Shown: piece by piece, positions 53,361 to 62,779 of the stretch
Layout of the letters: each line of letters starts with the position of its first letter
Position numbering within the stretch: the stretch's first letter is position 1
Assembly: GCA_030835925.1 (NCBI GenBank)
Contig: JAURQW010000012.1
Coordinates: 3,500 to 67,499 of the forward strand
Reading direction: 5' to 3'
DNA: 64,000 nt
Source: Gammaproteobacteria bacterium
GTDB taxonomy: Bacteria > Pseudomonadota > Gammaproteobacteria > GCA-002705445 > GCA-002716945
The notes under the pieces: generated by a model
What the model was told of the DNA's origin: nothing
Seen by the model: only the letters and a program-made list of their open reading frames with translations
Databases searched by the model: none
Position numbers and translations under genes: made by a program

Positions 53361-54848
53361 ATGACAAATGCACTTATAATACTTGGTAATCAGCTATTCC
53401 CTGTTAAACATATAAGGAAAGTTAAGCCTGACTGTGTATACATGAGAGAAGATTATCAGTTATGTACTTACCAGAAACATCATAAACATAAAATAACACT
53501 ATTTTTATCAGCAATGAGATCATATAAAGATGACTTAATAAGCTCTAAAATTGATGTACATTACCATCAACTAAACCCAGGTTTAACAGGTACTTATACA
53601 TCATACTTAATTAAGTTTATTAATAAAGAAAAGATTCAAGAAATAAGCTTTTTCGAAATAGAGGACAAATGGTTTGAAAAAGAGATGCTTAGGTTAAAAA
53701 AGGTGTGCAATATTAAAGTCAATATCATAAAAACACCTATGTTTCTAACAAATAGAGATGAATTCCTAGAGCTCTCCCCTCCTAGTAAAACACTACCTAA
53801 ATACAAGATGGCATCCTTCTATATAGCTCAGCGCAAAAAAATGAACATATTACTAGAGAATGGTAAGCCTAAAGGTGGTAAATGGTCCCATGATAAAGAG
53901 AATAGGAAGAAAATACCAAAAAACATCGATGTACCTATATTTAGAAATTATAAAGATACTACTCATACAAAAGACATAAAAAAGATTATAAATAAAGTTT
54001 TTCCAGATAATTATGGAGAAACTGATGACTTCAACTACCCTACTACCAGAAAAACCGCGCTAGCTATGCTTGATCATTTTATTTCCGAAAAACTCAATGA
54101 ATTTGGCGATTATGAGGACTCTGTTGATGGACGTTCACCTTTTTGGTTTCATTCTGTTCTCAGTCCTCTTCTGAATATTGGGCTTATTATTCCAGATGAT
54201 ATTATTTCAAGAGTACTAAAGAAAAAGAACATAAAAATAAACTCCTACGAAGGGTTCATTAGACAAATTATTGGTTGGAGAGAATTTATGAGAGGAATAT
54301 ATCAACAAGATGCAAAAATTATGTCTAACTCTAATTTCTTCGGCAATAATCGCAAAATGAAAAATTCTTGGTATGATGGTTCTACTGGCTTACTACCTTT
54401 AGATCAAAGCATTAAAAGCACATTAAAATATTCTTATGCGCATCACATTGAAAGATTAATGATTCAGGCTAATATAATGAACTTATGTGAAATTGACCCA
54501 AAAATTGTTTACAACTGGTTTATGGAGATGTACATAGACTCATCTGACTGGGTTATGACACCTAATGTTTATAGCATGGGTTTATTTGCTGATGGAGGCA
54601 TAATGGCCACCAAACCTTATCTGTGTGGTTCAAATTATATGCTGAAAATGATGGATTTTAAAAAAGGCGATTGGTGTAAAGTTTTAGATGGACTATATTG
54701 GAGATTTATTGATAAGCATCTAAAATTTTTTAAATCTAACCCAAGATTAAGCATGATGGCGGCAATACTTGGTAAGATGGATAAAAAGAGGAAAGATGAA
54801 CTTTTTATTCTTGCTAATAAATTTATTGAGGAAAATACAAAATCATGA
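53361..54848 (+). CDS. Cryptochrome/photolyase-related protein (COG3046, FeS-BCP / bacterial (6-4) photolyase-like)
   Basis: ALIILGNQLFP N-terminus, WREFMRG and a C-terminal Cys-containing region (PYLCGSNYMLKM...GDWC); 495 aa. Confidence 0.65.
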   Translation: MTNALIILGNQLFPVKHIRKVKPDCVYMREDYQLCTYQKHHKHKITLFLSAMRSYKDDLISSKIDVHYHQLNPGLTGTYTSYLIKFINKEKIQEISFFEIEDKWFEKEMLRLKKVCNIKVNIIKTPMFLTNRDEFLELSPPSKTLPKYKMASFYIAQRKKMNILLENGKPKGGKWSHDKENRKKIPKNIDVPIFRNYKDTTHTKDIKKIINKVFPDNYGETDDFNYPTTRKTALAMLDHFISEKLNEFGDYEDSVDGRSPFWFHSVLSPLLNIGLIIPDDIISRVLKKKNIKINSYEGFIRQIIGWREFMRGIYQQDAKIMSNSNFFGNNRKMKNSWYDGSTGLLPLDQSIKSTLKYSYAHHIERLMIQANIMNLCEIDPKIVYNWFMEMYIDSSDWVMTPNVYSMGLFADGGIMATKPYLCGSNYMLKMMDFKKGDWCKVLDGLYWRFIDKHLKFFKSNPRLSMMAAILGKMDKKRKDELFILANKFIEENTKS

Positions 54849-55600
54849 AAAATATTATAAAAAAATTAATGAAGCTGTTTGGATATAAAATAATCAAGAT
54901 TAATAAAGTTGGTTATCCTATTGATTATTGTAATGATTTTGTAAGTGAGTTTAAAGCTATAGAACCATTTACGATGACTAGTATTGAAAGAATATATGCC
55001 TTGAAATCTGCGGTAGAATACATAGCTAAAAATAATATCCGTGGATCTTTTGTGGAATGTGGTGTTTGGAAAGGTGGGTCTTGCATGATGATGGCAAATA
55101 CTTTAGTAGAAAATGGGCAATTTGAAAGGGAAATATGGCTGTATGATACATTTGATGGTATGACAAATCCTACAGATGATGATATTGAGGTTGAGACTAA
55201 AATAAAGGGCATGGAACTCCTTAAGGATCTTGATAAAACTACTGATAAATATAATATGTGGGCATATGCTCCAAAGGATCTTGTCATTAAAAATATGAGA
55301 TCTACGGCGTATCCAGAAAAAAACATTAAATATATAGAAGGCAAAGTTGAGCAAACCCTGCCTGAAAATACTCCAGGAGAAATTGCGCTCCTAAGATTAG
55401 ATACTGATTGGTATGAATCTACAAAGATCGAACTAGAAGCACTATACCCTCTTCTGGTCAGAGGCGGAGTACTAATAATAGATGATTATGGTCACTTTCA
55501 TGGAGCAAAAAAAGCTGTTGATGAGTATTTTCATAGTATTAATGAAGAGCCGCTTATGCATCGAATTGACTATTCAGGGAGAATGATCGTAAAAAGATAA
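54845..55600 (+). CDS. TylF/MycF-family SAM-dependent O-methyltransferase
   Basis: GSFVECGVWKGGSCMMMA, LRLDTDWYEST and LIIDDYGHF motifs typical of macrocin-O-methyltransferase-like enzymes. Confidence 0.75.
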   Translation: MKNIIKKLMKLFGYKIIKINKVGYPIDYCNDFVSEFKAIEPFTMTSIERIYALKSAVEYIAKNNIRGSFVECGVWKGGSCMMMANTLVENGQFEREIWLYDTFDGMTNPTDDDIEVETKIKGMELLKDLDKTTDKYNMWAYAPKDLVIKNMRSTAYPEKNIKYIEGKVEQTLPENTPGEIALLRLDTDWYESTKIELEALYPLLVRGGVLIIDDYGHFHGAKKAVDEYFHSINEEPLMHRIDYSGRMIVKR

Positions 55601-55947
55601 TGATTAGAGTTTATTATAATCAAAAATGCACTGTATGTAATATTGAAATATCCCATTATAAAAAGAAAAATATTTCTAATATAATTTGGGTTGACATTAA
55701 TAACCCATCGAAAGATCTAAAAATCTTAGGAAAATCGCATAAAGAAATGATGAGGAGGCTTCATGTGATAGATGGTAAAACCATTTACTCTGGTGCAAGC
55801 GCATTTATAATATTATGGAGCAATTTACCTAATTACAAGTTATTAAGTAAAATTCTAAATTTACCTATAATTTTTCAAGTTTTTAATATCTTCTATGAAT
55901 TTATTGCTTTTTTGTTATTTATAAAAAATAATCGTGGTTTAACTTAA
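55600..55947 (+). CDS. DCC-family thiol-disulfide oxidoreductase (DUF393)
   Basis: An N-terminal CxxC (YYNQKCTVCN) and a small size of 115 aa. Confidence 0.6.
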   Translation: MIRVYYNQKCTVCNIEISHYKKKNISNIIWVDINNPSKDLKILGKSHKEMMRRLHVIDGKTIYSGASAFIILWSNLPNYKLLSKILNLPIIFQVFNIFYEFIAFLLFIKNNRGLT

Positions 55948-55954
55948 AATTAAT

Positions 55955-56353
55955 TCACTTTTTAAGATCACTAATATGCTTGGAAAGTGCAGACGATGAT
56001 TTTTGAATTTCTATAACAAACAAGAGTATAGATGCGCTTAATAATATTGTGGCTACTCCAAACAAGCTAAAAGCAACAGAAGGTACATCTATATATCTAA
56101 AAAATATCGTTAATAGATTAGCAATAAATGCTAGTCCAGCCAGCGTCTGCATTGACTTTACTAAGAACAACCTATCTGTTAATAATTCTATTTGTTCAGT
56201 AAACTTATCTCTTACTTCATCTTCTTTTAGAACTCTATCATGTAAGTCTCTGATCAATTTACTTAGAGAGCTATATCTGTTGCCAAATACAATCATCATT
56301 AATGGGATAGCTGGAAACAATAATGCTGGATACCAAAAGTTTAAATCTTCCAT
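55955..56353 (-). CDS. Small membrane protein, DUF2721-like
   Basis: Three hydrophobic helices separated by a charged coiled segment (LIRDLHDRVLKEDEVRDKFTEQIELL). Preferred over the antisense ORF at 56049-56381. Confidence 0.5.
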   Translation of the reverse strand: MEDLNFWYPALLFPAIPLMMIVFGNRYSSLSKLIRDLHDRVLKEDEVRDKFTEQIELLTDRLFLVKSMQTLAGLAFIANLLTIFFRYIDVPSVAFSLFGVATILLSASILLFVIEIQKSSSALSKHISDLKK

Positions 56354-56407
56354 AAAAAACCTCTCAATCTATCTTATGTAATAATATACCAAATTATTAT
56401 ATATTAT

Positions 56408-56854
56408 TTATTTTTTTATACGCTTTTCCCATCTATCAAGAATTTTACTTGAAGAGTTCGTTTTAGAACCTCCGATATTAAATTTAAATGACACATCATC
56501 ATCATTAACAAATACATTATATTCTGGTGTATTAATCTCTCCTCTATCACCACCATTACAAAAGACCACCTGATCATCTGGATATAATTCTTTAGTTTTT
56601 TTTATTGCATCAATAGCAGTATCATCTCTATCATCAAAATCTATGATATCGTTGACCATATATAACGCCTGAATTACAGTAGATCTTTCTTTATAATTTA
56701 GAAAATATTTGCCCTTCTTTCTTTCTAGCCATTCATCAGAATTAATTCCTACAAGCAAAAAATCTCCTTCATTTTTTGCAGATATAAAATAATCTATATG
56801 TCCTGAATGTAATGGATCAAACCCTCCTGTAACTAATGAAATTTTCCTAGGCAT
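56408..56854 (-). CDS. Cytidylyl/adenylyltransferase-family protein (HxGH nucleotidyltransferase, RfaE-domain-II-like)
   Basis: VTGGFDPLHSGHIDYF motif; 148 aa. Confidence 0.65.
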   Translation of the reverse strand: MPRKISLVTGGFDPLHSGHIDYFISAKNEGDFLLVGINSDEWLERKKGKYFLNYKERSTVIQALYMVNDIIDFDDRDDTAIDAIKKTKELYPDDQVVFCNGGDRGEINTPEYNVFVNDDDVSFKFNIGGSKTNSSSKILDRWEKRIKK

Positions 56855-56857
56855 GTT

Positions 56858-57010
56858 TTACTCAAAGTTTGCTAATAATTTACGACGCATTTCAAAATAG
56901 TTTTCTTCATCAATGATTCCTTGATTATATTTAATCTTAATATCTTCAAGCTTTATTAGAGTTTGAGAAACTAATTTCTGATAATTATCATCTTTGGGCT
57001 GCGTCTTCAT
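56858..57010 (-). CDS. Small SHOCT-domain-like protein (50 aa; not in the supplied ORF track)
   Basis: Hand translation gives MKTQPKDDNYQKLVSQTLIKLEDIKIKYNQGIIDEENYFEMRRKLLANFE. The tail resembles the SHOCT motif (L..L..L...G.I..EE....K.KLL). Confidence 0.35.
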   Translation of the reverse strand: MKTQPKDDNYQKLVSQTLIKLEDIKIKYNQGIIDEENYFEMRRKLLANFE

Positions 57011-57155
57011 TTAAGTCAGCCTTTTCAAATGCAAGTTTTAACTCATTACATGTCATTACCTCATCATTAGCTTGCATTATATCAACAGTTTTATGTGTTG
57101 CGCATGAAGAGATAAAAATATCTGTAACAAGATATGAAACCAATTTTTTAATCAT
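56988..57155 (-). CDS. Small putative lipoprotein (55 aa; not in the supplied ORF track)
   Basis: Hand translation gives MIKKLVSYLVTDIFISSCATHKTVD..., with a lipobox-like ISSC after a hydrophobic leader. The start lies 2 nt downstream of the nuclease gene's stop. Confidence 0.3.
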   Translation of the reverse strand: MIKKLVSYLVTDIFISSCATHKTVDIMQANDEVMTCNELKLAFEKADLNEDAAQR

Positions 57156-57157
57156 TT

Positions 57158-57637
57158 TTATTTACACTTTTTTCTAAAAATACATGGCTCTATGGGATTT
57201 TTATAACCCCATAAACCTTTATTATTTAGTTTAGCATGATTTTCTAAATTTATAAGATAACCGTTAGTCCTATATTTTCTATAAACCCAGGCATTGCCAC
57301 TTTTAATCATTTTGGCATTTATATATGTTGCTTCATTATTCTTATAAATATAAATATCAGCTAACTGTCTTCCATATCTATCATCTTTAGCTGTAACTAC
57401 AAAAACTCTTTTATTCAACAATAAATTCTCAAGGAATTTTTTCGATTTAATTCCATAATCTTGTTTTTTTTCTGGAGCGTCAATGTATAACAATCTAATT
57501 GTATTAGTAATCTCCCCTACTTTAATTTTAACGCTATCTCCATCAGTAACTTTAACAACTAGACCCTCATATTCAGATGCACTGATATCTGGTATGAATA
57601 ATGAAAAGATACTAATTGCTATCAATAAATATTTCAT
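57158..57637 (-). CDS. Secreted thermonuclease (staphylococcal-nuclease/SNase fold)
   Basis: A signal peptide followed by VTDGDSVKI..IRLLYIDAPE and RYGRQLADIY motifs. Confidence 0.8.
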   Translation of the reverse strand: MKYLLIAISIFSLFIPDISASEYEGLVVKVTDGDSVKIKVGEITNTIRLLYIDAPEKKQDYGIKSKKFLENLLLNKRVFVVTAKDDRYGRQLADIYIYKNNEATYINAKMIKSGNAWVYRKYRTNGYLINLENHAKLNNKGLWGYKNPIEPCIFRKKCK

Positions 57638-58791
57638 AGAGATTTTATAAAATTTTCTATTTCCTTAGAGAATCTATTAGTATCTACTAAAAATGAATCA
57701 TGTCCCTGAATGCAATCAAGTTCTTGATATTCGACTATCGTATTAGATAATGACAATAATTCTGCAATTTCTTTTTGTTGTTGTGAAGGGAAAAGAACAT
57801 CTGTAGTTACACCAAGCACCAACGCTTTATCTATTTTCGTTTTAGAAATAGCATCTAATGTTGATTCGCCATGTTTGGCCACATCAAACCAATCCATCGC
57901 TCTTGATAGATATAAATAGCAATTAGCATCAAAGATATCCTGAAACTTTACAGCCTGATGCTCTAGGTAGGATTCAATTTCAAACTCAAAGCTTGTATTC
58001 TCAATACCAAAAGTATTTTGATTCAACTTATTGTCATCTGACTTTTTTCGTCCGAACCTTTGCGTCCATTCAGAAGCAGATCTATAAGATGTCATTCCAA
58101 TTTTTCTAGCAATGCGCACACCATTCAATGGTGGTTTTTTATAAGAATAAAAACCATTATTCCATAATGGGTCTTTTCTGATTACTTCTCTTTGAAGTGA
58201 TCTTAATGCAATTGCATATGGAAGAGCTTGTGTTGCAGAAGATATTAAAATAAGATTCTTAACTACAGTACTATGCAGGATCGAAAAAGCTAGCGCTTTC
58301 ATACCTCCTAAAGAAGGACCGATTAAAACTTTTATCGAATCAATACCTATTTTCTCTAGCAATAAAGATGATGCATTAGCCATATCTTCAACAGTTAGCT
58401 CAGGAAATGTTAGCCTGTATGGCTCATTTGTCTTTTTATTAATTGATACAGGACTTGTTGACCCGAAACAACTACCTAGCGTATTTATACATATAACATA
58501 ATGATCTTTTGTATTTATTGCCTTATCATGTCCTACAACTGCCTCCCACCAACCTGGAGTCTGATCAACTGAAGAGGAAGCTACATGTGAGCTAGCAGAT
58601 AAACCAGTAAAAATTACGACGACATTAGATTTATCTTTATTCAGAGAACCCCATGTTTCATAAGCAATATTTAACTCAGAAAGCATACCGCCTCTAACAA
58701 GATCAAAGTCGTCTGCAACTTTAGTTACTGTAGCAGAATCATTATTATGCTTAAAAAGCTGTATGATATTTTTATTAGAATCTGTTTTCAT
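57634..58791 (-). CDS. metX: Homoserine O-acyltransferase (MetX family)
   Basis: LNIAYETWG, nucleophile elbow GPSLGGMKA and C-terminal GHDSFL. Confidence 0.85.
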   Translation of the reverse strand: MKTDSNKNIIQLFKHNNDSATVTKVADDFDLVRGGMLSELNIAYETWGSLNKDKSNVVVIFTGLSASSHVASSSVDQTPGWWEAVVGHDKAINTKDHYVICINTLGSCFGSTSPVSINKKTNEPYRLTFPELTVEDMANASSLLLEKIGIDSIKVLIGPSLGGMKALAFSILHSTVVKNLILISSATQALPYAIALRSLQREVIRKDPLWNNGFYSYKKPPLNGVRIARKIGMTSYRSASEWTQRFGRKKSDDNKLNQNTFGIENTSFEFEIESYLEHQAVKFQDIFDANCYLYLSRAMDWFDVAKHGESTLDAISKTKIDKALVLGVTTDVLFPSQQQKEIAELLSLSNTIVEYQELDCIQGHDSFLVDTNRFSKEIENFIKSL

Positions 58792-58800
58792 AAAGCGATG

Positions 58801-59778
58801 TTAGTATAATTCTTTATTTAAAACAATTAATAAGTTGTCATAGAAAAGTTTTTTGTTAAGATTTCCGCGCATATCAATTTTGAGTTTCTGCAAAATTCTA
58901 ATAATATGAGTTGCTCTTAAACTATTAATCGGGATTTTCTTAGATAATGTAACATAAATACCTTTTATGATACTTGCATCATCTAGGAATGAACCTTTCA
59001 TTAATATATAAAACAATGACAATAGATAGTCGATACATAAGCACCCTCTTTCCATCCAATCCTTAGAAAGATTTATTGGGTTAATCTTATTTTCATAAAG
59101 ATCAGATAATTCAGTCTCAAACAACTTATAATTATTGAGGCACTCATATTCTTTAGTCATGTCTTTTAAACTCGGTTTTGATGATAAATAGTAATCAAAA
59201 TGAGAGTCATATATATTTTTAGTTTCATTTATATTATATCTAAAAAGATGACATCTGCTCTTAACTGTATCCTTAATTGATTCTACTTCAGAAGCTAACA
59301 ATAGAAAAATGCATGGCGAATTTGTTTCTTCTAGCGTTTTAAGCAATGCTGCAGATGATTGAGCATTTAGATAATTACAATTATTGATGATAATAAACTT
59401 ATGCTTATATCTCGCGGTAATATTAGTGAACTCTTTTAAATCTCTGATATGGTCTATTGCTATATCTGACCCTACTCTACAATTATCAAATTTGTCTTCG
59501 AACCCCAATTCATATAATATTCTTTCTTTGTTACTGATCATTCGCTCGAATTTTCCAGATTTATTATATAAAGGCAAAGATAAGTAAAATATATCTGAAC
59601 TTGACATTAAGTTATCAGAATATGCAATACCATTAGATTCATAATATTTTTCAATAAGACGATTAACAAAAGAATATTTTCCCGTAGCATTAGGCGAATG
59701 AATAATTATATTATAATTCCTTTTTTTAAAATCATACTGGTTAGCAAACTGATTGAGGTTGCTTTCTAGGTTACTCAT
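58801..59778 (-). CDS. holB: DNA polymerase III delta' subunit
   Basis: AALLKTLEE and VKSRC motifs, in the conserved position after tmk. Confidence 0.7.
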   Translation of the reverse strand: MSNLESNLNQFANQYDFKKRNYNIIIHSPNATGKYSFVNRLIEKYYESNGIAYSDNLMSSSDIFYLSLPLYNKSGKFERMISNKERILYELGFEDKFDNCRVGSDIAIDHIRDLKEFTNITARYKHKFIIINNCNYLNAQSSAALLKTLEETNSPCIFLLLASEVESIKDTVKSRCHLFRYNINETKNIYDSHFDYYLSSKPSLKDMTKEYECLNNYKLFETELSDLYENKINPINLSKDWMERGCLCIDYLLSLFYILMKGSFLDDASIIKGIYVTLSKKIPINSLRATHIIRILQKLKIDMRGNLNKKLFYDNLLIVLNKELY

Positions 59779-60391
59779 TTATTAACCTATCCAAATATCC
59801 TTTTAATACTTTTTCAACATCCTTTTTGTCGCCATCTGTTGAAATATTAATAACTTTAGTATTATTTTTGAATACTTCTGAATATGCCTCTTTAATTTTT
59901 ATTAAAAATTCTTTTCCTTGTTTTTCAAATTTATCTGATATATCTCTTTCATTAATTCTTGAAAAACTAGTCTCAATGGATGCGTCAAGGTGGAATATCA
60001 GAGAAATATTTTTAGCGAAATATCCATCTAGAACATTATGTAGATCAATAACTTCTTTGTTGCCTTGAGAAACACCTTGATATACCAAAGTAGAATAATG
60101 AAACCTATCGCAAATAACATACTTGCCTTCTGATAATGCTTTTAGGATAACATTGTTATAGTTGTAAACTCTTGAGGCATAAAACAAGACTGCTTCAGAT
60201 ACTGAGTCTAGGTTAGAATTGGTATCTAATAGTATATTTCTGACTGATTCTCCGAAAGCCGTACCGCCAGGCTCCCTTGTAACTATACATTCTATGTCAC
60301 ACTTCTTAAGGTAATCAGAGGCATACTGTATATGGGTAGATTTCCCAGTTCCCTCATTACCTTCAAATATTATAAATTTTCCAATAGCCAT
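59771..60391 (-). CDS. tmk: Thymidylate kinase
   Basis: FIIFEGNEGTGKST P-loop, TREPGGT and DRF. Confidence 0.9.
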   Translation of the reverse strand: MAIGKFIIFEGNEGTGKSTHIQYASDYLKKCDIECIVTREPGGTAFGESVRNILLDTNSNLDSVSEAVLFYASRVYNYNNVILKALSEGKYVICDRFHYSTLVYQGVSQGNKEVIDLHNVLDGYFAKNISLIFHLDASIETSFSRINERDISDKFEKQGKEFLIKIKEAYSEVFKNNTKVINISTDGDKKDVEKVLKGYLDRLINE

Positions 60392-60394
60392 ACA

Positions 60395-61213
60395 TTAATA
60401 TATAAAACCCTTCAATATATTATATATTATATGGTCCTTAGAAAATTTATTATTTTCGATTTGATCAATAAAAACCAAACCCTGAACCGAGTTAACTTTA
60501 AATGAGACATCATAATTCTTTAAGGTCTTAATAGATATATTTTTTTCCAGGACTTTATACTTTTTATTCTTTAAAAATTTAATAATTTGGTTTTTTATTA
60601 TTCCATCAATCCCACATTTTGTTATCTTTGGGGAATAGAAAATTATATTTGACTTATTAAGGCTAACAAAAAATATGTTTGATGATAAAGTTTCTATAAT
60701 ATTATTATTATACGTAACAACTAAATCATCCATATTTTTTTGATTATTCAATTCGCTCGCAATTAAACATTGATCAATCCTATTCAAATGTTTAATTTTT
60801 GCTAAATCAGAATTCTCATAAATATTATAGTTGGAAATTTTTAACTTGACCGCTCTATTTTTTTTAACAGCTGATGTCTTATCATGTTTGATAAAATATA
60901 AATTATGACTTATATCTTTTGTAAATTTATAACCAAATGAGCTAGACCCACGTGTTAATATTACTTTGATTACACAGTTTGTTTTTTTACCAATAGCCTT
61001 ATTTATATTTTTTTCAAGAAGATCCAAGCTGGGCTTATTAAGTTTTAGTTTTTTGCATCCAGCATGGAGTCTTTTTGTATGATCTATTAAATATTTTATT
61101 TTTGAATCTTTTATAAGAATTGTTTCAAATAAGCCATCTCCATAATTAAAACCTCTATCATGAATAGAGATATTTTTTGGATTAATAAAGATATTAAACT
61201 TAGAATGATTCAT
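60395..61213 (-). CDS. pabC: Aminodeoxychorismate lyase (class-IV PLP enzyme)
   Basis: DRGFNYGDGLFETI, in the conserved position between fabF and tmk. Confidence 0.7.
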   Translation of the reverse strand: MNHSKFNIFINPKNISIHDRGFNYGDGLFETILIKDSKIKYLIDHTKRLHAGCKKLKLNKPSLDLLEKNINKAIGKKTNCVIKVILTRGSSSFGYKFTKDISHNLYFIKHDKTSAVKKNRAVKLKISNYNIYENSDLAKIKHLNRIDQCLIASELNNQKNMDDLVVTYNNNIIETLSSNIFFVSLNKSNIIFYSPKITKCGIDGIIKNQIIKFLKNKKYKVLEKNISIKTLKNYDVSFKVNSVQGLVFIDQIENNKFSKDHIIYNILKGFIY

Positions 61214-61221
61214 TTAACTGA

Positions 61222-62463
61222 TCAATCATATTTTGAAAATACTATAGAACCATTCGTTCCACCAAAACCAAAAGAATTGGTCAAGGCATGATTAATATTC
61301 ATTTTTTTGGACGACTCAGTATTAAAATCCAAATCACACTCAGGATCTTGATTATCCACATTTATTGTTTGATGTATCATTTGATTCTTTAAAGATAATA
61401 CAGTTACTAGTGCTTCAACTCCACCTGCTGCGCCAAGCAAATGCCCTATCATTGACTTAGTGGAATTTACGACTAAGTTTTTTGAATGGTTTCCAAATAA
61501 ATTTTTAACAGCTTTAGCTTCAACAATGTCACCTGCAGGTGTTGATGTTCCATGAGCATTAATATAGCTTATATCTTCAATACTTAAGTCAGCATCTTTT
61601 ATAGCATTTTTCATACTTCTCTGAGCGCCTTCTCCGCTCTCTGATGGGAGAGTCATGTGAAAGGCATCAGCACTCATGCCATAACCAGATAGCTCTGCAT
61701 ATATTTTCGCCCCTCTTCTTTTCGCATGCTCTAATTCTTCAAGTACCAACACTCCAGCTCCATCACCAAGTACAAAGCCGTCTCTTCCAGTATCCCATGG
61801 TCTGCTAGCCTTTTCTGGATCATCATTTCTTGTCGATAATGCTCTTGCAGCTGCAAAACCACCTATACCAAGAGGTGTAGTGGCCATTTCAGCACCTCCA
61901 CATACCATTAAATCAGCATGAGAATACTGTATTTGCCTATATCCCTCTCCTATATTATGAGTGCCTGTTGTACACGCTGTAACAATTGATAAGTTTGGAC
62001 CCTTATAACCATATTTAATGGACAAATTACCAGAAATCATATTTATTATTGTTGCGGGTATAAAAAATGGAGAAATTCTCTTAGGGCCTGATTTCAAATA
62101 AGTATTATGTGTTTTTTCAATACTAGGTAAGCCTCCGATTCCCGATCCTATTGCAACGCCAATTCTTTCAAGATCCAAATCACAATTTTCTAGACCTGAG
62201 TCTGTGATGGCATCTATGCCAGCTGCCATACCATATTGCATAAATAGGTCTAATTTGCGTTGCTCTTTAATGTCAAAATATTTTTCCGCATTAAAATCTT
62301 TTATGGGTGCAGAAAATTTGACAGGCATATCGCTAGCATCAAATACGGTAATCGGTTGAACACCAGATTTACCAGCATTAAGGGCTGACCATAAGTCATC
62401 AACAGTATTGCCAACCGGCGATATACATCCCAAACCAGTAACTACGACTCTTCTTTTCTGCAT
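61222..62463 (-). CDS. fabF: 3-oxoacyl-ACP synthase II
   Basis: Active-site VTACTTGTH, HGTSTPAGD and GHLLGAAG. Confidence 0.95.
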   Translation of the reverse strand: MQKRRVVVTGLGCISPVGNTVDDLWSALNAGKSGVQPITVFDASDMPVKFSAPIKDFNAEKYFDIKEQRKLDLFMQYGMAAGIDAITDSGLENCDLDLERIGVAIGSGIGGLPSIEKTHNTYLKSGPKRISPFFIPATIINMISGNLSIKYGYKGPNLSIVTACTTGTHNIGEGYRQIQYSHADLMVCGGAEMATTPLGIGGFAAARALSTRNDDPEKASRPWDTGRDGFVLGDGAGVLVLEELEHAKRRGAKIYAELSGYGMSADAFHMTLPSESGEGAQRSMKNAIKDADLSIEDISYINAHGTSTPAGDIVEAKAVKNLFGNHSKNLVVNSTKSMIGHLLGAAGGVEALVTVLSLKNQMIHQTINVDNQDPECDLDFNTESSKKMNINHALTNSFGFGGTNGSIVFSKYD

Positions 62464-62472
62464 TTTTATTAA

Positions 62473-62706
62473 TTATAGATTTTTATTAACGTAATCAATA
62501 GCTTGTTGAACGGTTGTTATTTTTTCTGCTTCTTCATCCGGAATTTCTGTATCAAATTCTTCTTCAAGACCCATCACTAATTCAACTGTATCAAGAGAAT
62601 CAGCACCTAAATCATCAATGAACTTTGAATCATTTTTTACATCTTCATCTTTTACCCCTAGCTGTTTTACTACAACACTTTTTACTCGCTCATCTATATT
62701 ACTCAT
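62473..62706 (-). CDS. acpP: Acyl carrier protein
   Basis: [36 protein letters not shown], which closely matches the E. coli-type AcpP core. Confidence 0.97.
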   Translation of the reverse strand: MSNIDERVKSVVVKQLGVKDEDVKNDSKFIDDLGADSLDTVELVMGLEEEFDTEIPDEEAEKITTVQQAIDYVNKNL

Positions 62707-62779
62707 GTTTTTTTGTCTCCTTTATTTATATTGTACTGCGATGATATCTACAAACATTCTACAAGAAATTTACTTGTTT

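Noticed and set aside
54925-55354. 139-aa and 83-aa minus-strand ORFs
   Set aside because: They are antisense to the TylF methyltransferase gene, which has strong family motifs.
56049-56381. 110-aa plus-strand ORF
   Set aside because: It is antisense to the DUF2721-like membrane protein, which has a coherent three-helix topology. The + strand product looks like low-complexity Ser/Asn-rich translation.
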